The notes beneath the pieces were generated by a model that did no database searches, was not told the DNA's origin, and worked only from the letters and a program-made list of their open reading frames with translations. Shown piece after piece: positions 158,973 through 172,795 of a stretch of 248,000 nt of DNA (positions are counted from its first letter, which is position 1; every line of letters starts with the position of its first letter). A program made the translations under genes and the position numbers. Source of the DNA: Wallemia ichthyophaga EXF-994 (lineage: Eukaryota > Fungi > Basidiomycota); the NCBI RefSeq assembly GCF_000400465.1, contig NW_008806283.1, forward strand, positions 20,001-268,000, in the 5' to 3' direction.

Positions 158973-161900
158973 TCATTTATGATCTTTTTCGCGACAAGCA
159001 AGCTTCAATTAACGTCACTTAGACGACATTAGCAAAGAAACTTACATGAATGTTTCTTCCAATTCTTAAAGGTTATTAATACTACTCAATCACTCTTTCT
159101 ACACAAGGCTCAACTGCAAAATTTCCTTGGATGCCACCGATAATTCAATGCATCGCTATTTCTTTTTGCTGTCTGATATGACTGCGGGTAGAATGCTTTG
159201 GACGTTGTACCTTTCACAAATTTTGGTATGAAAGGAAATATAAAAGAGCATTGATCAGGTATTTCAAGTATGCTCTATCGTCAAGAACGGTCTCAGTCAC
159301 GTGCACAAATCGCCAGTATGCTGAGATGGTTTTGGTTGTGATTAGAGCGAGTAAGCTAAGAAGTAAAGGAAATTGACTCAAAATAGCGCGCATAAGTTGC
159401 AAGGTAAAGTAGGACGGTCATGTGGTAATCAATACCCAATGAAGTAGGGTCTTCCCAAGAAAGTCCAGTGCTAGTATTAAGGACATTTTTCAAACTCTAC
159501 AGAATTTGACATTTCGCACGAATTTGAGAATATTGAGATTTAATTTCTCAGATGATCTCTAAAACTCCTTAATTACCGAATGTGCTCAGAAATTGTAGTT
159601 TTTCGCAGTTCACAGTCAGAAAATTTAAATTCACCCATATATCAAAAAGACTTCGAACTGCTAGGTTGTGGGGTACTTCAAGTAATGGCTCACGGACAAA
159701 GGTGATTAAATCGAATCCACAGAAATGCTATGTTAATTTACTGGAAAAGACATAAGAGCAGATGCTCCAGTAAAGGAGGCTACTATGTACTATGTGGTTA
159801 TATGATGATAATACGTCTTGAAAATCCTCACACACGTTTGGGATAGGGCGTCAACGAGAATGGCAGAGACGATCCGATGGAGGGCACTTGTTTACTATGC
159901 AGCTAAGGATCAATACAGCTGCACAAATAATTTCCTGTAAGTCTTCTTGGTTCAAATACCTTGGCGTCGAGGGGCAGAGATACTAAAGAGTTGTTAGTGA
160001 TAGAGCACCGTACGTTGAGAATAGTTGCCAGCAGCGCGAACGAGTCCGACTGGAATCCCGTATTACTAACTTTAAATTAAAAGCAGCATTCTTCCAGTAA
160101 CGGCAATAGAGTTCCGCATCTTAAACCAATCCTCCACTGGAATTTATAGAAACCGGTTTAAGGAGAAGTCCACAAATGTTTCTTTTTGTAAATAATCTCC
160201 CTTTTGGTAGCGGAAGAATATTTCATCACATCTATTGTGAGATCAACATTTGCCTTTTATTAAGTTTATGTGCATTGAGATAGGCTTGAAACGAAAATTG
160301 GCCTTTAGAGCAGGAAGACTAAGTTATCAATATTCTGTATAATCTTTATAAATTGCGACCAAACCTGGATTATATTGTACCCACTTTTCAATAGTGCTGT
160401 CCCTTTAGCTACGCTAAAAGCTTGAAACCACAATTCCTTGGGTGTGTCTTCTCCTTATATTTTGTCATGTAGATGACAAAGTTCGGAAAAGTAAGTATCA
160501 GCAACGATATTTCGGTGCAAAACCAAAATGTTATGCAAAATGCCAAAATTTCCGTTTTCTCGACTAGAGATCCTTTGTGGCTAGAACAAAAAATCAGAAC
160601 AGCTGCCCATTAATACAATCTAGGATCGTAAATCCTTCTGTAGCATTTGAAGAAAAAATATCGTATGATAATTGAGTTATGATTTATTTTTTTCGTACGG
160701 AGACAACGTTAAACCGTGTACCATATTACACGACATTATTAGAACTCAATTTAAAAATGCAATAGACTCGATACGGGTTTCATGCTCACGTAAGGAATGA
160801 AAAGAAAAGCTTGACGACTATCTATTGATGTACTTATAAGGCGTACAAATCAGAAAAGAAATCATAATGATAAGCGAAAAGGCTTAAAATAACAAATTTG
160901 GCGCATGAGCTTCTGCCCACTCTTGCAGCCAAAGACGAGCACGAAAACTGCCTTTTTCAATAAAGTTCGTTATTGGATATCCTCAGCTTTTAAAAAACAT
161001 TCGTTTTCCACTTGGTGAAGAAAATTGTTTCAGTGAGGCGGTGCTTCCTTTTCAAGTTTTGAGTTAACCTTAACTGTCATTAAATGTAATTCAAATTCCT
161101 GTCACTACGTTCCGAACTTTTTTGAGACGAGTTATTTCAGTTTACTTTTACTGTTTTTATTAGTGCGTCATGTCTTGTTATAAAGCGGTTTTCTCTATTT
161201 CATCAGTTTGCTTTCTTTGAACTCTAGTCGCGCTTCAAGCTTTAATTACATGTCTCGATAGAATTTTGTCCGCTTTCTGCATCTTTCACTGATGTATGAC
161301 TTGAGGACAAATATCTTAAATTGAGATATAATTCTCACTTTCTAAATTTCGTGACTAAAGAACGTCTTCAATTTCGATAGGCTTATTTTACAACTGTTAG
161401 CTCGGAACGTTTTAGTAGAACGCATTTGTCTTTCGGCAAGAAACGGATCTCAAGAGTAAATTCGGGGCGTCGCTCGTTGACTTAAGGTGACTTGTAGCAG
161501 TTTAGAAATGAAATTTACTTGAAAATTCCGTCTCATTTAATGATTTTCTAAGAAGCTTTTAATTATCATCATGTTTTCGACATCTTGTTTTTTTATATAG
161601 GATTGATTACGTCAATGTAAATTTAGTATGATTGAACTTTTTTAATTATGCGATTTCCATTAATTCATATTTTCACGTTAACGGTAACTCTAATAAACAT
161701 TCAGATAGGAATAAGTTTTGTTTTAAACATTTTAACCGTTTTAAAACCTACATTGAATTCCTCGACAGTCTCTTATTGTAAATATAATGTAACGTTAAGT
161801 TCTAACCTGAAGTTAAGTGACTAAAGAATATAGGTCACTTTTACATGATCATACTGCGATTTCATACTTCAATAATATTTTGCCTGAAACATATGCTTTG

Positions 161901-162195
161901 ATGTATTACAATCAAGTTGAGAATATTAACGTTAAACCATGCGGAGTATAGGGAGGAATGAAAGACCGTTAATAGTATTATTAGGGAACGCGAAAGTCGA
162001 CGATAAATACAGAATTAGGATACGATCGTCTCCCAATGGTACTACCTTGTTATTAAATTGTTTCAGTTAACTTCTCCAGAAATGAATGTCACATTTACGA
162101 CCATGGATTTATAGTACTTATTTAAAAAGGAGCTTTTTTTTTTTTTCGGGCTCATGGGAAATATCTGACCTCACTTTTGTACCATCTGTCACACA

Positions 162196-165100
162196 TTAAC
162201 CAAATACAGATTCGATTTTTTGAATAATTCTACTAACTTGGTCGTGTATTTCGTTACATTCAAATTTAAAAACATACACATCTTCTCTGCGCCCTAGACC
162301 TTCATCAATCATTCCAACGCTCTTTAAATCACTTTTTTTAAGGTCGCCAACTTGAAATAAATTAAAGGTATCTTTGTTTGTACAATCAATCTCTATTTCA
162401 TGCACCATGCAAACATTAAACATAAATTAGCTCGATGCGCTGCAAACTATATTACACCCGCCGCATGTTTGCGATGTGTGTACTCAGTTCGTTGAGAATG
162501 TTTCTGTAAGTGGCCAAATCAAGCCCAGTCATCAGGGCCGATTGAAGTGAGGCTTGAAGTGCAGCTTTGCTGCCTTCTGGACATCTTAGATTCTGAATGA
162601 TAGTCGATAGTATCAAGTCTCTGTTCAACCAAAGGTTCGTATCTTCGTAGTTGAGCATAGTTGAAATGAACTTAATTAGTCGTTGCTTCAGGGTTCGCGA
162701 AAAGGTCAATCTCATTAGTATAGCGTTGAGAGGTATTGCCAAAATCTGCGATAATACGTTTGCGCCATGTTTTCCTATGAACAGACGTCAGTATGACTTC
162801 TGTCGTAGTAATCCCAACTAACTATCAGCTGAGTGCTTGATGAAGCTTTCCATTCCATCAAGAAGAGTATATGAAGCGTTCCAATGCGAAGTGATTGCTT
162901 GGTTAAGAATATTGAGTAGAGTAGTGTTGAAGAAGTTTTCTTCAGACGAACTAATGCGTAAATTTATTGACCGCGGAAAGCTTCTCAATACCGTGCATGC
163001 AAGATCAATTGAGTCACTTTGCAAGGTAAGGTTCGACTGTATGATTGTTCGTGAAATTTTGAAGACAGGGTCTAAGTAAGAGAGAACAAATAAAGAGAAG
163101 TTTTTCTCATTATTAACATCACTGGCACTTCCATCCACAGCAGCCAGCTCTCTCAAAATCTTAGTTGTGGTCTCAACACCTTCACTAAACTCGTCGCTAT
163201 CGTCCATGCCCGTCTCGTATTTGATAGATAGATAGTTTTCAAACCACATATTCAATATAGGCGCTACGTAAGTTTGTGGTAATGCTCTCAACGTACTTTC
163301 ATCGTAATCCAAACCAAGGTCCATATTTTGTATTATTGAATAGAAAATAGACAGAACATCCATTTGTATATCGATGCGTGCTTTGTAGTGCTGCTGAACT
163401 ACTCCTATCAACTGCGACAAGACATCTTTAATGAAACTGACAGTCTCTATATATGTATAGGGATCTAACGTTTCACTTAATCCAACTAGAGCATTCAAGC
163501 CCATTTTAACATTAGTAATGTATGGATGCCTCTGTGAATTGGCTCCAAATTCTGGATTTTCAATTACGTTGAGCATAACGCTTATGAAATAGAAGATACG
163601 AGACTTGTACTGGCTGGTCTGTTCAGCTTTCCTATCCATCTTACTGATGTACGTTCCACAACTCTTAACTAGCTTTTTGTCCAGCTTGTACGGCCAATCG
163701 TGCATGTTCGATAAGACAATATCAATTATGCTGCCAAAATTGATTAATGCAGGTAATGTGGGAAGACTTTCAATCGTATCAGCTAATCCTTCTACCACTT
163801 CCTCTTCAGATTTCCATTTTAGTAAAGAATGTTCGATAACCTTTTGAAATTCAACGTAAAACCCTACATTATTCAACGCTTGTAGTGGCGGAAGCGACAA
163901 GCAATCTATCAGTCCATAGGTTCGCAGATATCTTGCCCAGAAACACTTCCAAATGATGCCAGACACGTTAGGTGAGAGACCCATATCACTTGAAAATAAG
164001 GTAGTCAATTTTGCCAAACTTCTCACAAGCATTGACAAAGCAGAAACTGTTTGTTCACTGGATATGATTTGAGTTGGAATCAATGGTGTTTCTCCGATGC
164101 CCTCGTCAGCTATTATCGATCCGGCAAATAAAACTAGCGTTTGTAATCTATCGTAGTTGCAGTCTGACAGAAAGCCTGACGTTTCGATAAGCATATTGTA
164201 CATGTTCAGCTTTTCAGTGACGTTATCCAAAATTGGCAGTGATTCCATTCTGCTCAGTTGAGCTAAAGGATCCAAGATGACTTTCATTTCTGTTTCAATG
164301 TCATCTAATTCTTCTTCGAAAACTTCCTGTGAATTATCCAAGGGTGATGCTTTATTTTCCAGCCATCCTTTGGCTATCAGGGTGCACATTTCTATTGGTA
164401 TGATGATCCTGTTACTTTCCAAACTGGCTAAGATGGATAGCCAGCACGCCAAAAAATCTGCAAACGCTTCAGCTCCTTGTGATAGAGAAGCACTTCCAAG
164501 TTGGAACAACTTCTGTACATATTCCTCGCCTTTCTGTTCGAGAATAACGTTTAGATTGCGAGATTGGAGCAGAGACTTATGGCATGAGAGCTTCGTACAA
164601 ATGTCCATACATTCGGCATTTTCAAGGTAATGCACAAGGCTGAGAGACCATCCATCTTTGTCTTGTGGGTGACTGCTGCTGAAGATGGCGTTCAAAACTT
164701 TCTTCATCATAAAACCAAGTGTTTCGTTGTCAAAAGTGTTTACAGACAGGATCAGATGAAGCACTTGAGGACTGGCTAGTTGAATAAGGACGCTGATGTG
164801 CATTGAGTCAGTCGCAGTGTTGTAAATGAAATCTTTTTGGTCGTTTCGATAAAGTAAAAGCGCCTCTAATGCTGGTATGGTATACTTGATGACATTGTGG
164901 TCGTGACTGTAGGTGAGGCTGTGTAATACGATGTTTGAGAGGACGGGAAGAACGTTGTCCTAAAAGCTGGATAAGCGTTGTAAGCCCAACAAAGACGAAG
165001 CATACCTCAAATGACTTAGTTTGAAGCTCATTGTCTTCATCAAGATTAATATTTTGCTCTTCCAGGATCGCGCGGGATATACCGACAGCTGCTGAAGGTG

Positions 165101-165510
165101 AAGATTGTCTGATGTTATTGAGAATGACGACCAAGTTTTCTAGGCTGGTAGCTTTAACGAGGGCTAAATGCGCCTTTACTGAAACGTATACTGGTACTGC
165201 TCTATCGCTGAGAATGTAACTGAGAAGACATTGACTGATCTCGGGACTTGAATTTGGGCTGATAGTGGTTATGAGCAGCGTAAGGAGATGAAAGTGTGCG
165301 TAATATTCCTGCGAGTTCTCTGGAGTTTCTATAAATCTCTGTATATCCACTCCCACGTAACTCACCAAGTACTGCAATCGTCAACAAAGGTATCTCATTT
165401 GGGGACAGTGCCTCATTCATAGCCAATAATTCATTCTCGCCTTGCTGCCTAGTCCCTGGATGTGTAAATTGCTGACACGCTTGCTCAATTCTTCCAATCG
165501 CAGCATCCAT
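162196..165510 (-). CDS. Importin-beta/exportin-like HEAT protein
   Basis: IBN_N-like start, long helical ORFs. Confidence 0.6.
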
Positions 165511-165601
165511 CGCGATTGCTATCTTGGTGGATCAGGTTTAACGGTTAAATATAATATACAAATTACTAAAATACATTATTTACATTACTTGTTTTGACTG
165601 C

Positions 165602-167419
165602 TTATACTTCTTCACTCTCCGTCTCAACTCCTGTCATTCGCCTTTCACGTCCTTCCATAGCAGTTCGCTCTTCAAGTCTTTGCACACTTTCCTCGACATT
165701 GCCATTGTCTTCCCGTGTCATCTCTCTTAAACGTCGAGCCCTTGCTTCACGCTTTTTCAGCTCCTTTTCAGCTTCTTCTTTGTTTGCTTTGCCATACCGT
165801 ATCTGGGTGTTTGAATCTCTTGGACGCTGCGTCTTAATCATACCTGCTTTGTTTTTTTCATCGGTCTCCTTCCTACTCTCTTGCTCTGCATCAGCTTCTT
165901 CAGACTCGGCACCCGTAGGCTCTGCAGTGAGCTCTGCGACATCTTGACCGTCCGTTTGCTTTTCAGTTGCCCCAGCTGCCTTAGATTTCTTCTCTGTGTA
166001 GCCGCCTTCAATATCGCGCTCTCTTTCAGCATCCTCAAGTACCTTCTGAGAGTCTTCACCCTTAGACTCAACGCCCTCCTTGTCTTCATGTTCAACTTCC
166101 TGTCCATCCGCTAATTCTGCTTCCTTCCCTCGAATTTGACTCTTCTCCGCAATCCTTTGCGCCCGGGCACCTTTATCAATTTTTGGTCGCTTGAACGCTG
166201 GTCTATCCTTAGCACCCGGTACATGCTTAACAACTCTAGGACGCTTTTTGAAGCTAACGTTAGTCTCTCTCCTCGACAAGGATCTTTCAACAGCAGCGGT
166301 ATTAGACCTTTGGTCAAACGCAGCAACAAGCCACCTTAGGAAGTTAGCCAGTCTGAATTCTTCAAGTGCTTCTTTATCGTTATTCCACTCGTAATCCTTG
166401 CTGAGATGCGCCGTTGGATTCACTCTGATTCTCTTCTTCTGTGAAAGATCTATGGTAATTCCACAGAGGGTGGCTTTGACTGGAATCCACCTATCTAACT
166501 GCAAACCGGTATTTCTTATAAGAACCTCCTTAATCCGTGGTAGAAGCCTCGGAATATTGTCTTCACGAGCGCCTGACTTGGCCAACTTGCTTACTTGGGT
166601 ATGAGATATTGTTATGTCGACGACGTCAATATTTTTCCCGACTTGCAGAGGCAAAGCCCATCCAACAGAAAACTCATTTTGTCTCTTAGGAAGCACGTTG
166701 TAGTACTCAGAATACCACCATGTGTTTTCGATAAAGCTGTCGATTATTTCATGACCTGTATGCAAGTTGGACTGCGACCAGACACCATTTAGCCTCCAGC
166801 CCATCCATTCTCTAAACAGCTGAACAACTTGCGAGTCCATTGCACCTTCTAGCAAGATGGGCCACTTTGCTATAGTTGGGTCATCCCTCGGGTCGTTTTC
166901 AAAGGGATCAGAACGAGGAAGAATGACAAATACGCTTGTTTTGGAAGGGTATTTTTCTTCAAGGGTTGGTACGTCGGGAAGAAGCGCCTCCTTTTTAGAG
167001 CTGACGACGCGGTCATATTGCTTATTCCTCATTTTCCTATGGTCATCGGTTTCATTTCTGTTGCGCTTATCCTCTGCGAGTTTCTTCCTATTGCATTCAT
167101 CAAGAAATTTGTCATACTCTTCGGAAGCTTGAGCTCTAGCAGCATTGGTCCATGTTTTAGGTGGTGGATCGGTGTTGTAAGAGACTTCCAAGTCGCCAGT
167201 TGTGAGGACATTAGTACCGTCGGCCGCAGTAATAGAAGGGCAAACGATATAGAACATGATAGTTCCAGGCAAAGCCATATCCAAACCTTTATTTATCTGC
167301 ACATCAATCAACTCGATTGGTACGTAATGACGTGATGAAACGAAGCTTCTAAGTGAGTGTTCCAAGTCGGAGTAGTTTATAAGGGGTGTTATATTTGCTG
167401 GGCCATAACGCTCGCTCAT
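165602..167419 (-). CDS. Hypothetical protein with charged C-terminus
   Basis: 605-aa ORF. Confidence 0.5.
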   Translation of the reverse strand: MSERYGPANITPLINYSDLEHSLRSFVSSRHYVPIELIDVQINKGLDMALPGTIMFYIVCPSITAADGTNVLTTGDLEVSYNTDPPPKTWTNAARAQASEEYDKFLDECNRKKLAEDKRNRNETDDHRKMRNKQYDRVVSSKKEALLPDVPTLEEKYPSKTSVFVILPRSDPFENDPRDDPTIAKWPILLEGAMDSQVVQLFREWMGWRLNGVWSQSNLHTGHEIIDSFIENTWWYSEYYNVLPKRQNEFSVGWALPLQVGKNIDVVDITISHTQVSKLAKSGAREDNIPRLLPRIKEVLIRNTGLQLDRWIPVKATLCGITIDLSQKKRIRVNPTAHLSKDYEWNNDKEALEEFRLANFLRWLVAAFDQRSNTAAVERSLSRRETNVSFKKRPRVVKHVPGAKDRPAFKRPKIDKGARAQRIAEKSQIRGKEAELADGQEVEHEDKEGVESKGEDSQKVLEDAERERDIEGGYTEKKSKAAGATEKQTDGQDVAELTAEPTGAESEEADAEQESRKETDEKNKAGMIKTQRPRDSNTQIRYGKANKEEAEKELKKREARARRLREMTREDNGNVEESVQRLEERTAMEGRERRMTGVETESEEV

Positions 167420-168310
167420 TTCTGATGAATCTACTCGATATTTGAATTTAGAGAGAGGCGAGAGATTGTAGATGTTGTATGCACGTGAGAGGTACGTCTC
167501 TGTGGAACGTCATTAGCGTTTATTCAGCCCACCCATATTCACGCACCTGGTGGCATCCAATTGTAGGTCGCGCGAAGCCTAGCGCGATAAGCCTTGTCGT
167601 ACGCAACCTTGGCCTCTTGATTGTCGTGATCGACGGGATCTGGGGAGTCGTACTTTTCGATAAGATGCTCGTCGTCGACGCCGCGACTAAAGTTTAAAGC
167701 TGGCATCGTCGCGTATTTCCAATTTCAGCAGATCCTGATGATTGTCGGTGATGAAGATAAAAATGTGCATGAAGTGTGCTTCTGTAAATTTATTTTTGTT
167801 TGTGGGTGCTTAACTAGACATTTTAGTGTTTACTGCGTATCCCAGTATATTCAGATCAGCGCGTCGTGACGAAATGGGCTTGCAGTGGCAGCGGCAGAGC
167901 TTTAGATAAATGAATTTCCTGCTCCATACTTTCTTAGTGGTTACTGCTTCGCGTTCCTCGATTTTGAATCCTTAAAATATCGAGTAAATTCTGAGACCAA
168001 TGGCAGACACCAGCTCTGAAAATATTTCCAATAAGCTAGAATAAACCATCTTTTGGTGATTATCAGAAGCAAAATTCAAAACAAAACACCTCCTTTGCTC
168101 TGAAGAAGACACCGGCATGAGGTGCAGTGAACGTTCAACATCCCTCAACGTAGCGCATAATTTATTTAAGCGATGATTATGAAACATATTCTATGCATGA
168201 AACCTGAATAAGTGGGGCGTTTGACAGCGCCAAATTTGCACTGCGGCGCTCGACCCTGTTCGGAGAAGCTAATAATAAATAAGACAGCTACCGCCACAAC
168301 TACCATCATC

Positions 168311-169632
168311 ATGTTAGTAAAGCTTCTGTGTTTAGCGCTTCTGTCGATCGCAGCAGCCGGACCGTTGCAGCGTCGTCACGGAGAGCAAATTAGAGGCGTG
168401 AGCGATGCTGGTAGCATTGAGAATGTTAGCTAACGCAAAAAAAGGTAAACATCGGTGGTTTTCTTGTCCTCGAAGCTTGGATCACTCCTTCTATCTTTGA
168501 CAACACGGGCAATCCAGACATCGTCGACGAGTGGACATTCGGCGAGTACCAGGATAGCGATCAGGCAGAGGCTGTTATTAACAGTCATCTCGACACATTC
168601 TATACCTATAGCGATTTCCAAGATATCAAAAACGCTGGTTTGACTCACGTCAGAATCCCAATTGGCTTCTGGGCATTCGAAACTCTGGACACACCATACA
168701 TCAAGGGCAACAGATATGCAAAATTACAGGAAGTCGTCGGATGGTGCCGCGATATTGGTCTCAAAGTGTGGATTGACTTACACGGTGAGTGTCTTATCTT
168801 GTCTTACTCACATGACTAAAATATAAAAGGTGCACCTGGATCCCAGAATGGTCAAGACAACTCAGGACATCTTATGGACTACTTCTTATGGCCTACGGAT
168901 CAAAGCAATATCGAAAAATCCTATTACTATATCCAGATTCTCACTGATGAATTCACCAAGCCTGAATATGGTGGCATCGTGGATGCAATAGAGCTTATGA
169001 ACGAGCCACAAGTAGCAGCACGTCCATCAATGTACGATACTGTCAAAACATACTTTCAGAACGGATATAACATAGTGTCACCTAAAACAGCTACAGCAAT
169101 TGCCGGTGGCTTTATTGAACTTGATTCTTGGAATGATTTCTTAACATATCCTGGCGCAGAAAATGTCTACATGGACACTCACAAATACCAAATTTTCTCA
169201 AACCAGCAGATCCATCAGACTGATCAACAGCGTTTAGATTCAATATGCGCGTTCAAGCAAACGTTTGCAGAGCACACGGCTAATCAACATTGGGTGATTT
169301 GCGGAGAATGGACTTTGGCTTTCACAGACTGCGCAAAATATATCAACGGTAGAGGCAACGGATCTCGATACGACGGCAGCCAACCTGGATCAACTGCCGT
169401 CGGCAGCTGTGAAGGAAAGTCAGGCAATGGAGACAACTGGAGTGAGGATTATAAAAATAGATTGCGCTACATGTGGTACACACAGATCGACACATTCGAA
169501 AATGGTGGTCGTGGCTACTTCTTCTGGACATGGAAGAACGAAGACGCTGCAGATTGGTCTTACAAGCGTCTCCTCGAACTTGGCGTCATCTCCTATGATC
169601 CAAACGATTACCAACACGGTATCTGCGGATGA
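168311..169632 (+). CDS. EXG1: Secreted GH5 exo-beta-1,3-glucanase
   Basis: HVRIPIGFW, DLHGAPGSQNG, IELMNEP, ICGEW. Confidence 0.92.
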
Positions 169633-169742
169633 ACAATAGATATATTTACACAGTCTCGCTGGGATAGTGTTGACTGATAAAAATATTTGTATCTCGGATC
169701 TTATATATTCTTAATAAAAAAATGTGTATCTAATATTACAAT

Positions 169743-170827
169743 CTAGGTAGCAAGGTTGACGTCGTTGAGTGCGATGGCTATTGCTGCCTTATGATGGCCG
169801 TTGTACTGCCTCACAGTGTCACCGCTAGCGAGTTCCCATAACCTCGCGGAGTGGTCTGAGGATGCAGAGACGAGATAGGCTGAGTCAGCGGAGAAAGCAG
169901 CATCCCATACCCATCTCTGATGGCCGGTGAGCACCTTTTCCAACCTGAAGTCGTAATTATGGGTCGACCAAATCTTAATCGTTGTATCGGCAGAACAAGT
170001 AGCAAGATGCCTAATGGCAATTGTCAGATTATGAGCAATTGAAAGGTATCAGCTCACTTGGTATCGGGGGAGAGTATACATTTTGTGATATACCTACTGT
170101 GAGCAGGCAGCTTCGTTATTGGAGTGAATTCTGAGGCTTCGTATTCCTGATCGGCGCGTATCTTCCAGACAAAGCAATTACCTTTGTTGTTTCCAGCGAC
170201 GAGCGAGCTGCCGTCAGAAGCAATAGTGACTGAGCGAATGGGCACGTCTTCTTCGGGTACAAGTTCATGGCTGCAGGTGTTCTCACCCAAATCCCAGACT
170301 TTAACGCTTCCAGCTTGGTCGCAGGAGATGATCTCTCCTTGGTTTGGGTGTATGACAACGTCGTTGACTGGCGATGGATGATCGAAAGCCCGCTGTACAT
170401 GAGATGTTCTGTGGATTGAGCAATGAGAAACTAAAGCTACTATTATGACTGATAAGCTCACCTCGTGTCCCAAATCTTGACTGTACCATCCTCACTACCA
170501 GTCGCAATCCACTTCCCCTCAGCCTGGAAAACGACTGCAGTAACGTTTGCAGTGTGTCCGTTAAATGATTGTATCTAAGCCAAGTAAGAAAAGCGCCGTA
170601 ATCAGATTAGAGCAGAGCCATACCGGGTTTGGGTCGCTGCTATTGATATCGTAAAGTTTTACAGAGGTATAGCCTGCGGAGGCTAGAAATTTTTTGTCTG
170701 GGCTGATAGCGAGCCTATTGACGGAATCTGAGTGGTGAATTGTCCGTGAGCATCCACCGCTCCAGGCCTCCCAGAAGCGTATCGTGCGATCGTAGCCCGC
170801 GGAGGTGAGAATAACGTCGGCGCTCAT
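169743..170827 (-). CDS. LST8: TOR complex subunit Lst8
   Basis: VILTSAGYDRTIRFWEAWSG, GHQRWVWDAAFSADSAYL. Confidence 0.95.
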
Positions 170828-171366
170828 TTCTAGTTAAATGCTAGTAAATCTGAAATGCACTGTACGTGCGAGTGATGTCAGCGGTGGAAGCGGTGAAAGT
170901 GGAGAATTGAGTGAGGGATACAAATTAATTCCTGTCAGGCTTAAGGAGGGAATTAAATAACTCAATTATCCTGTGAAATGCTTTCTCTCCACGCTGTTCG
171001 CCACCAGCCAGATACAGACTCGCAACCACACTCATGCAAGAACTTTGAGGTGGTAGTAATATGTGAAATATGCATAATGTATCGGAGAATATCCCAGAAA
171101 CTTCTCGCGCCACCTACTCACGCGTTATTACTTCTCACGCAAGTAATGATTTGGGCCTGATGCAATCGTCAGCGGATTGATAGCGGAAACCGTGCAACTC
171201 AATGGGAGACATAGAGCAAGCGTTCCCAATCGTCTGCATTACCCACATCCACCTTTAAAATTTACCCGTGGAACTACATCGGATGAACTAATTGCATGTT
171301 TTAGCGGATTCCAGGTATAAATGACGCAAATCAATTGCCGCTTTTGCTTCTCTTACTATTACCACA

Positions 171367-172537
171367 ATGATCTCCAAACTTCTCAGTTCAGCAATCATAG
171401 CCTCTTCTGCACTTGCATACCCAGCGCCCCCAGACGGTGGCGTGGGCGTTTCAGGTGACGAACTCCCTGAGTACACCCCAATGTCCGACTTTGACACCGC
171501 CAGCTTTGTCGTTGGTGTTAACCAGGAGTTCCTGGAGTTAGACCTCTTTCACAACATCCTCGCATCATTTCCAGACGAGGATTTCGAAGCTGTTGGCATT
171601 GACGCATCACAGAGATATTACATCCAAGAAATGGCTGAGCAAGAGGTTGGTCATGCAGAGATGATCAACAACATTCTCGCGTCGGTTGGACAGACCTCCC
171701 AACAGTGCTCATACAAGTACCCTTACACTACTGTGAGAGAGGCACTTGCGTTCGCAGAATACATCACTAGATTCGGTGAAGCAGGTGTCTATGGTTTCCT
171801 TCCTCATTTGGACTCTCGCCCAATCGCTCAACTTGTGAGTAGACATTGTCTTGCTAATGATTTTTCTGATGAAACATAGCTTCTCCAAAGTATCACCACT
171901 GAGGCCAAGCAAGAAGTCTCTATGGCAATGATGGCGGGTGAATTCCCACAACCATACTGGTTTAACATGGGTAGGAAAATTCTCATCCAAGGATTTTTAA
172001 GCTGATTAATTCAATACAGGTCTCACTCAAGCTATGGCTTGGAGCTTGTTGGTTCCTTACCTCGACAGCTGCCCAGAAAGCAACCCAAGAGTCGAGTTCC
172101 CAGTCTTCCCAGCTTTGAATGTCACCAACGCCAACGCGACGCTCGACACATCTATCGAATCCGCTGTCAGTAATAACTACACACACGTAGCTCAACCTGG
172201 CAGACAGCTCGAGCTGCAATGGGAGGCACCAGGTATGGCTGTTGGACCATCAGAGCAAAACTACACCACCGATAAGAACCCAGATCTTGGTGACCCATCG
172301 CACGTCGCCTTCATTCACCAACTTAATGTCACATATGCTCCACTCGAAAACATCGACACTGAGGCCATGACAGCTACCACTATCCACCCAGACTTTATGA
172401 TGTACGGCAAGGGTATGGGCGTTAATGGAACTGTCTTCATCGCAATCACCGACGAAGAAGTTCCAGTCACACCATACAACTTTAGCTTACTCAACGATCA
172501 CGTCCATGCATTTGGACCATACTTTGCAGGTATCTGA
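171367..172537 (+). CDS. Rds1-like secreted ferritin-fold protein, copy 1
   Basis: QEFLELDLFH, AEQEVGHA, TRFGEAGVYGFL, MAWSLL. Confidence 0.85.
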
Positions 172538-172795
172538 GCGATTTAAGCAATTGCTGCTAGAAATCTTGATTTTATAAATCTTAAAGACACAAACTATGCT
172601 TGTATGAATTGATGAATTATTGATGGTCTCTGCGTATCTTTTTATTGGAATTAGTGAAACTTTTCTCATCTTTAACACTCATCGGGAACACCAGAGAGAG
172701 CTATTTCAGCAACTGAATAAACAACAAAGAAAGGTAATTTATAATAAAAGGTTTACAACGGCAGAATGCACGTAACTTTTTATCTAATTTGTACA

